From the NCBI GenBank assembly GCA_030596105.1, contig JAUVKU010000001.1, positions 1 through 56,474 of the forward strand: 56,474 nucleotides of DNA, in the 5' to 3' direction. The stretch comes from a bacterium (GTDB lineage Bacteria > Patescibacteriota > Minisyncoccia > Minisyncoccales > DAOVPY01). Position numbers and translations under genes: made by a program. Shown in pieces: positions 50,744-56,474 of this stretch. The notes below the pieces were generated by a model that worked only from the letters and a program-made list of their open reading frames with translations, was not told the DNA's origin and searched no databases. Numbering within the stretch: position 1 is the first letter of the stretch; each line of letters starts with the position of its first letter.

Positions 50744-53305
50744 ATGAAAAAAATGAATAAAATTTATATAACTCCACACACACACTACGATGCTGTTTGG
50801 GTTTTTAATAAAGAAGATTATTTTTATATAAATATTGACTTTATACTAAAAGAAGCTGTTGAGTTGATTGAGAAGCATGGTTATAGATTTATGATTGAAC
50901 AAACCTATTTATTAGAAGAGATTGAAAGAAGAAACCCGTGCCTTTTTGAAAAAATCACAAAACTTATCAAACAAGGAAAAATTGAAATTGCTGATGGCGA
51001 ATACTTAATGGCCGACACAATGCTTCCTCATGGAGAAACATTGGTCAGAGAAATTTTATTTGGAAAAAGATATGTCAAAGAAAAATTTGGAAAAGATGTG
51101 CCAGTAATGTGGCAAGCGGATAGCTTTGGTTTGAATGCCCAGCTTCCTCAAATTTATAAAAAATCGGGCTACAAATACCTTACTTTCAGAAGAGGAGCTA
51201 AAAAAGATAATCCATCTGAATTTTGGTGGGAAGCTCTAGATGGAACCCGCATTTTAACTCACTGGATGCCCATGGGCTATCGCGCTGGACTAGTACTAGA
51301 TAAATTAGAAGAAAGCTTTCAAAAGCTTAAAAAACTTGCTGCGACTGAACACATTTTTATGCCTTCTGGGAGCGGAAGCGTTATGCCGCAAGTAGAAACC
51401 ATGAAAGCAATAAAAGACTGGAATAAAACTCACAAAGATTCAAAAATGGAAATCGCAACTCCTATTAAATTTTTTGAAGGATTAAATCAAAACACTAAAA
51501 ATTTAGAAACTCAGAAAGGAGAATTTTATTCAGGAAAATTTTCGTATGTTTTTCCAAATGTTACCTCAAGTAGAATGTGGATTAAACAAGGATTAAGAAA
51601 ATACGAAAATTATATATTAAATTCTGAAAAATGGTCCACAATATCTTGGCTTTTAGGTAATTATTATCCGCGCAAAGAACTCAATGAATGCTGGACCAAA
51701 ATTTTGTTTACTGGATTTCACGATGTAATTCCTGGCACAGGAATAGATGAAACATATGACGAGGTTAAAGAAGGATTTACCTTTCTTGATACACACCTAT
51801 CAAATATAAAAAACCAATCACAATCAACTATTTACGAAAACTTAAAGGAAGATTTTGTGGTTTTTAATCCCTTATCATGGAATGTAAAAAATTGGGTAGA
51901 GATAAAAATGCAATTTGATAAAGGCAAAGTTAAAAAAATAAGGGGCATAAAATCAGGATCCAAAGAATATGAAATTGAAATTTTAGAATTCATCAAATAT
52001 GAAGACGACTCTTTACAAAACATAAAATTTGGTTTTATCGCAGATGTTCCGTCTCTTGGATATAAAACCTACAAAATATTAGAAAAATTGCCAAAAACAT
52101 CTCCAAAAAAAGAATTTAAAACAAAAGGCAATATAATAGAAAATCAATTCTTTAAAATAAAAATAGAACAAACAACAGGGCTCATTGATGTATTTAAAGA
52201 CAAACACTGGATTGCTAAAGGAAATGAATTAGTACTTGAAAATGAAACTGGCGGACTTTATTATCACCATCAAAATTTAGAAGAACCGCTAAAAACAGAA
52301 GGGGGTGAAGGAGTAAGATATGGTTGTTTTGAAATTAAAAATTTTGAAACAAAAAAAAGCCCATTGAGGCGAGTTATCACCCTTAAAGAAGATTATTATT
52401 CTCTGAGATGGCCGTATAGAATGTTAGAAAAAATGAAACCTGTTTTATTAAGACAAAAATGTATTTCAATTGTTAAAAAAATAATCATCTATAGAGATTT
52501 GCCAAGAATTGACTTTATCACAAAAATTGACAACAAACATCCTGAAATTAGAATAAGAGTTAAATTTTCAACCGATATTAATTCCCCAACTTATAATTGT
52601 GAATCCCAATATGGAGCAATTGAAAGACCCGTGAATGAATACTATGCTGATTCAAAAGATCATATGGAAAAACCATCTGGAATTTATCCATCTCAAAATT
52701 GGATAGATTATTCAAATGAAAAAAAGGGATTAACTATTATGAATCAGGGCATTCCAAGTAATGAAATACGAGACAACGACATCTATTTAACCCTATTAAG
52801 ATCCGTTTTAATGGTTTCTGCTGACGGAATAGCTGGTCCGTCAATTCCAGTGCCAGATGCAGCCGAATTAAAAAAATACACTTTTAACTATTCAATCTTT
52901 CCGCATTTTAACGATTGGAAAAAAGCGAATTCGCATAAAGCTGGAACCGAATATAATAACGAATTAAGGGCGCTTCAATTACCAAACAAAAAATCTTCGG
53001 AATCAATAAAAACAAAATCAACCTCTGAGTTCTCTTTCTTGAAAATAAAACCAGATAATTTAGTTTTAACAAGTATGAAAAAAACGGAGGATAGCGACAA
53101 AATAATATTAAGATTTTTTGAAGCAAAAGGAGAAGAGACAAACGGCGAAATTATATTATTCAAGGAGCCGAAACAAGTAAAATCAGCGGATCTTTTAGAA
53201 AAAACAAATTCAGAATACAAAGATAGAATAAAATGGAACAATGGCAAAATAATTAAAATAGCAGTCAAACCATTTGAGATAATCACTCTAAAAATCAAAT
53301 TCTAA
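50744..53305 (+). CDS. Glycoside hydrolase family 38 alpha-mannosidase
   Basis: HTHYDAVW metal-binding motif, GETLVREILFG, W.ADSFG, FHDVIPGT, LTLLRS. Confidence 0.9.
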   Translation: MKKMNKIYITPHTHYDAVWVFNKEDYFYINIDFILKEAVELIEKHGYRFMIEQTYLLEEIERRNPCLFEKITKLIKQGKIEIADGEYLMADTMLPHGETLVREILFGKRYVKEKFGKDVPVMWQADSFGLNAQLPQIYKKSGYKYLTFRRGAKKDNPSEFWWEALDGTRILTHWMPMGYRAGLVLDKLEESFQKLKKLAATEHIFMPSGSGSVMPQVETMKAIKDWNKTHKDSKMEIATPIKFFEGLNQNTKNLETQKGEFYSGKFSYVFPNVTSSRMWIKQGLRKYENYILNSEKWSTISWLLGNYYPRKELNECWTKILFTGFHDVIPGTGIDETYDEVKEGFTFLDTHLSNIKNQSQSTIYENLKEDFVVFNPLSWNVKNWVEIKMQFDKGKVKKIRGIKSGSKEYEIEILEFIKYEDDSLQNIKFGFIADVPSLGYKTYKILEKLPKTSPKKEFKTKGNIIENQFFKIKIEQTTGLIDVFKDKHWIAKGNELVLENETGGLYYHHQNLEEPLKTEGGEGVRYGCFEIKNFETKKSPLRRVITLKEDYYSLRWPYRMLEKMKPVLLRQKCISIVKKIIIYRDLPRIDFITKIDNKHPEIRIRVKFSTDINSPTYNCESQYGAIERPVNEYYADSKDHMEKPSGIYPSQNWIDYSNEKKGLTIMNQGIPSNEIRDNDIYLTLLRSVLMVSADGIAGPSIPVPDAAELKKYTFNYSIFPHFNDWKKANSHKAGTEYNNELRALQLPNKKSSESIKTKSTSEFSFLKIKPDNLVLTSMKKTEDSDKIILRFFEAKGEETNGEIILFKEPKQVKSADLLEKTNSEYKDRIKWNNGKIIKIAVKPFEIITLKIKF

Positions 53306-53399
53306 CCCATATTGTTAGCTAATGCGAAAAATCTAACGACAGATATTATTAAATATCGTCCGAATTTATCGGGACAATATTTAAATCCAATAAAAAATT

Positions 53400-53765
53400 A
53401 TGACAAAAATCAAAAATTTTATTAAAAATTTTTTAAAACCATCCATTTTTAAAATTGTCCTTACTTTAATAATTACTATTCTACCTTTAATAGAAGGGGT
53501 AATTTATAACGAAAACATGGTGCATGGTCAAAAAATCAATTTAGGTTTAAAAATTATGCATTATATTTCTGAAATACTTTATATTCCATTCAAACCAATA
53601 CAAAGTTTATCTTTTGAGTTAATGAAAAAATATTCAGAACCAAATCTTGCTTTACTTTTTATACCGCTTTTTATTATATATTTCTATTTCTTAAGTTGCT
53701 TCATTTTGTTATTTATAAAAAAAATACGAAAATTTTGGCGGAGAATCTTTAAAAAAAATTTTTAG
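53400..53765 (+). CDS. Small membrane protein, paralog 1
   Basis: IKNFLKPSIFKI.LT...IIYFYFLSC; two TM segments. Confidence 0.75.
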   Translation: MTKIKNFIKNFLKPSIFKIVLTLIITILPLIEGVIYNENMVHGQKINLGLKIMHYISEILYIPFKPIQSLSFELMKKYSEPNLALLFIPLFIIYFYFLSCFILLFIKKIRKFWRRIFKKNF

Positions 53766-53801
53766 AACAATACATAATTAACCAAATGCTTGAAAAAAAA
53801 T

Positions 53802-54152
53802 ATGAATATAAAAAATACAATTAAAAATTTCTTTAAGCCAACACTAATAAAAATTGGGTTAACTATTTTAATTCTTATTGGAATTTATCCTTTAATTTCA
53901 TATTTTAATATTAACGCAATATCAAAAGAAATAAGCTGCTTATTAGTCCCGCAAACATGCATAGCGTTGTCATGTCTGAATAAAATGTGTTTACATCAGA
54001 AACTTTTTATTACTCTATTCGGTCAAACTTCGGATCCTGAAGATATGGAACTTATGTCAGTTCTTTTTTTTGTTGCTCCGTTGGGAATAATTTATTATTA
54101 TTTACTTTCTTGCGGCTTTGTCTGTATTTTCAAGAAAAAAAAGGAGAAATAA
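53802..54152 (+). CDS. Small membrane protein, paralog 2
   Basis: IKNFFKPTLIKI.LT...IIYYYLLSC; ATG at 53802. Confidence 0.75.
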   Translation: MNIKNTIKNFFKPTLIKIGLTILILIGIYPLISYFNINAISKEISCLLVPQTCIALSCLNKMCLHQKLFITLFGQTSDPEDMELMSVLFFVAPLGIIYYYLLSCGFVCIFKKKKEK

Positions 54153-54194
54153 ATCCCCTTTTTAAAAAATTTGCTGGTATTCCAACTTGATTGA

Positions 54195-54551
54195 CTAATC
54201 CGCTAAATGATAAGGCCAACTATCTGGCTCATCAAGCACAATATTCATTGGATTTGCTGGTTCTCCACCAAAATAAATAGGGTACCCAATAGCATGGCAT
54301 CGTATCTCTCCTTCAATATTGCCCTTACTCCTCTGGTTATTTATTCCATATATTTCTCCTATATCAATGACTAAATCAGCCGCATAGCCAGGAAAAGTAG
54401 CCAAACACCATGCGTCCCAATAATTCTCCACATAAAGCCTAACTCCGTCGCTAACAGGGGTAATCGTATATGCTGAAACTGGCATTACCGCAATGGCTCC
54501 CAACATCATTATGCTCACTATCGCTACCGCAAATATTTTCTTTCCATTCAT
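54195..54551 (-). CDS. Hypothetical secreted protein
   Basis: Signal peptide MNGKKIFAVAIVSIMMLGAIAVMPVSA; strong SD. Confidence 0.75.
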   Translation of the reverse strand: MNGKKIFAVAIVSIMMLGAIAVMPVSAYTITPVSDGVRLYVENYWDAWCLATFPGYAADLVIDIGEIYGINNQRSKGNIEGEIRCHAIGYPIYFGGEPANPMNIVLDEPDSWPYHLAD

Positions 54552-54794
54552 TTTTTCTTTTTCACCCCCTATTCGCAGAACCTTTTCAACAAATATCTTA
54601 TCTATTCAATCTATATTTTGTTTTTAAAGTTCCACAATCTCAACCCTATCATAAGCCCCCCCCCATTTGTCAAATTGAAAACTGTGAGAAACTTTTAGCC
54701 CTGCGAAAATAGGAGTTTTATTTTTTTAAAAAAATAAAATTTTGAATGTTTTAATTAAAAAAACCAAAGATTGAACTTCGGTTTTTTGTTTGAA

Positions 54795-55208
54795 TCAAAC
54801 TGTTTTCTTCATTGCTTCTAATACCCTTTCCATAGTGCCAACCCTTAAAGACCTAAATCTTTTAAATCTCATCAATGGCACCAATGCCGAAAACTCTGTT
54901 AGGGCAATACATGTGTCTGTTTCCTTTAAAACTTCTTCAATAACAACTTCTTTGTCATCCATTCTTCCATATTTAGGCAAAGACATATTATAAAGCCCTG
55001 CGGCGTCATAGTATAAAACGGGATGGACTTTGAAATTCATTCTCTCTCCTATTTTTTTAAAACCTTCTTGCCATATTGATGCCACCTTGAAACGCTTAAC
55101 CCATCTGTCATTTATTGAGAATCCATTATGTGGAAGATCGCACATTAACAAAACTGTCTCTCCTTCTATTGGTTTGAATACATCCATCAATAATTTTTCC
55201 AAATTCAT
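54795..55208 (-). CDS. Hypothetical protein resembling the N-terminal domain of M29 aminopeptidase-like proteins (possibly truncated)
   Basis: DVFKP..GETVLLMCDLP...IALTEFS motifs recalled from that family; promoter TTGACT-17 nt-TAATCT at 55270-55242 and AGGAG SD. Confidence 0.55.
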   Translation of the reverse strand: MNLEKLLMDVFKPIEGETVLLMCDLPHNGFSINDRWVKRFKVASIWQEGFKKIGERMNFKVHPVLYYDAAGLYNMSLPKYGRMDDKEVVIEEVLKETDTCIALTEFSALVPLMRFKRFRSLRVGTMERVLEAMKKTV

Positions 55209-55274
55209 TTTTTTTCTCCTATTTTAATGTTCTTCTTAAAAAGATTACCATAAAATACAAGAAAAGTCAAGCAA

Positions 55275-55305
55275 AACAAAAACCCCGCAATGCGGGGTTT
55301 TTGTT
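55275..55305. terminator. Strong hairpin terminator
   Basis: AACAAAAACCCCGCA-A-TGCGGGGTTTTTGTT. Confidence 0.8.
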
Positions 55306-55319
55306 AAAATTAACTCAAT

Positions 55320-56474
55320 TTAAGATTTCCAGATATTCCGTAATTTTTCGCTAGCCTTAATCTGTCCAACTTTCATTTCAAGAATCTTTTTAGCTTTATA
55401 CTCAAAGCATTCTTTTCTTCTAGAGGCCAACCATTTTTCAAAAACTATAATACGAGATCTAAAAAACCAAATTAATGATAATGCCATTGATAAGGGCAAG
55501 AAAAACGAATCTAATAGAATATTATTTGTGAGACCAGTAGAAACTTCTGTGGCAGCTCCAGCAACTTGCTTTTTATTTACAACGACACTCGCTATATCCG
55601 TAATAGAGCTATCAAAATTATAAACCAAAACAGTATTAATAAGCGTAGTCTCTCCGAAAACAAACTGATTTGATCCTGCTACTTGAACCTTAAAATCTAT
55701 TCTCTTTGTTTGACCAACAGCCAAATCACCTATATCCAATCCAGAAAATATATTGCCACTTGAAGAAACATCATCTATCTTCAAATCCCCCATATAAATA
55801 AGATTGTCTGGTAAGGTATCCTGAACAATAACATTCTGTACAGACAAAGAATTATCTCCAATAACCTTAACTCTGAAATAAAGTATTTCTCCTGGATCAG
55901 CTGAAACTGAATGTACCCACGATGTTCCATTAGAATAATTCTTAACTAATTTATTAATCGTAAAAACAGGAATAACTTGCTGATTTTCAACATTAACAGT
56001 CATACTATGACTAGTAGAACCTCCTAAACCCGTACAAGTCATTGTATAAGTTCTTACAGAAGTTAAACTTCCTGTTGATTGTGATCCGCTAGTAGACTTT
56101 GTTCCTGACCAACCACCAGATGCATAACAAGTGTTAGCATTTGTTGATGTCCAAGTTAAATTAGCTGAACCATTGTATCCAATAGTTATTGAACCATTTG
56201 AATTGTTTGCTTTAATGTCAACTGTTGGAGCAACTGGCTGATTTTGAACATTAACAACAACGCTATCACTAACAGAACCTCCAGCACCTGTACAATTTAT
56301 TGTATAAGTTCTTGTAGAAGTTAAACTTCCTGTTGATTCTGATCCACTCGTGCTTTTTGTTCCTGACCAACCACCAGATGCATAACAAGTGTTAGCATTT
56401 GTTGATGTCCAAGTTAAATTAGCTGAACCATTGTATCCAATAGTTATTGAACCATTTGAATTGTTTGCTTTAAT
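55320..56474 (-). CDS. Large surface protein, C-terminal part: tandem Ig/PKD-like repeats, DUF11-like domain, TM anchor (start outside window)
   Basis: Frame is open from 56474 to the stop; 86-aa repeats (LTWTSTNANTCYASGGWSGTK...TYTI.CTG.GGS); V.DTLP..L.Y DUF11 motif; GAATEVSTG then TM helix. Confidence 0.85.
   Translation of the reverse strand: MKANNSNGSITIGYNGSANLTWTSTNANTCYASGGWSGTKSTSGSESTGSLTSTRTYTINCTGAGGSVSDSVVVNVQNQPVAPTVDIKANNSNGSITIGYNGSANLTWTSTNANTCYASGGWSGTKSTSGSQSTGSLTSVRTYTMTCTGLGGSTSHSMTVNVENQQVIPVFTINKLVKNYSNGTSWVHSVSADPGEILYFRVKVIGDNSLSVQNVIVQDTLPDNLIYMGDLKIDDVSSSGNIFSGLDIGDLAVGQTKRIDFKVQVAGSNQFVFGETTLINTVLVYNFDSSITDIASVVVNKKQVAGAATEVSTGLTNNILLDSFFLPLSMALSLIWFFRSRIIVFEKWLASRRKECFEYKAKKILEMKVGQIKASEKLRNIWKS
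55985..56474 (-). repeat. 258-bp tandem repeat inside the surface protein gene
   Basis: ATTAAAGCAAACAATTCAAATGG (minus strand) starts at both 56474 and 56216; first ~115 bp identical. Confidence 0.9.

Overview
AT-rich bacterial chromosome segment. Gene content and style point to Patescibacteria/CPR, probably Parcubacteria: short AlaRS, RpoA without an alphaCTD, unlinked 23S-5S rRNA with a group I intron, and mostly SD-less core genes. This taxonomy is inference. Genetic code 11 fits. The window holds the mnmA 3' end, alaS, infA-rpmJ-rpsMKD-rpoA-rplQ-rplM-rpsI, tRNA-Ile/Ala/Lys, a SufCB-type Fe-S pair, a UvrD-nuclease fusion, 23S (group I intron at E. coli position 2500) and 5S rRNA without 16S, mreCD-pbp2, greA, lysS, serS, murF, a Xer-type recombinase, uppS plus a geranylgeranyl reductase-like gene, rpmA, pyrG, rplI, ctpA, pheS, grpE-DUF3467-dnaK-dnaJ, a GH38 alpha-mannosidase and a repeat surface protein. 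Four unexplained signals stand out. (1) A five-copy family of rod-like intergenic hairpins, four of ~165-176 nt and one minimal, with covarying stems and an invariant GUA/AGUA internal loop. (2) A complete tRNA-Ile nested between its own 5' and 3' halves, split at the anticodon. (3) An 8 x 29-aa repeat protein with a constant core and a hypervariable segment. (4) Unrelated orphan genes sharing an identical or near-identical 25-nt SD/start leader.
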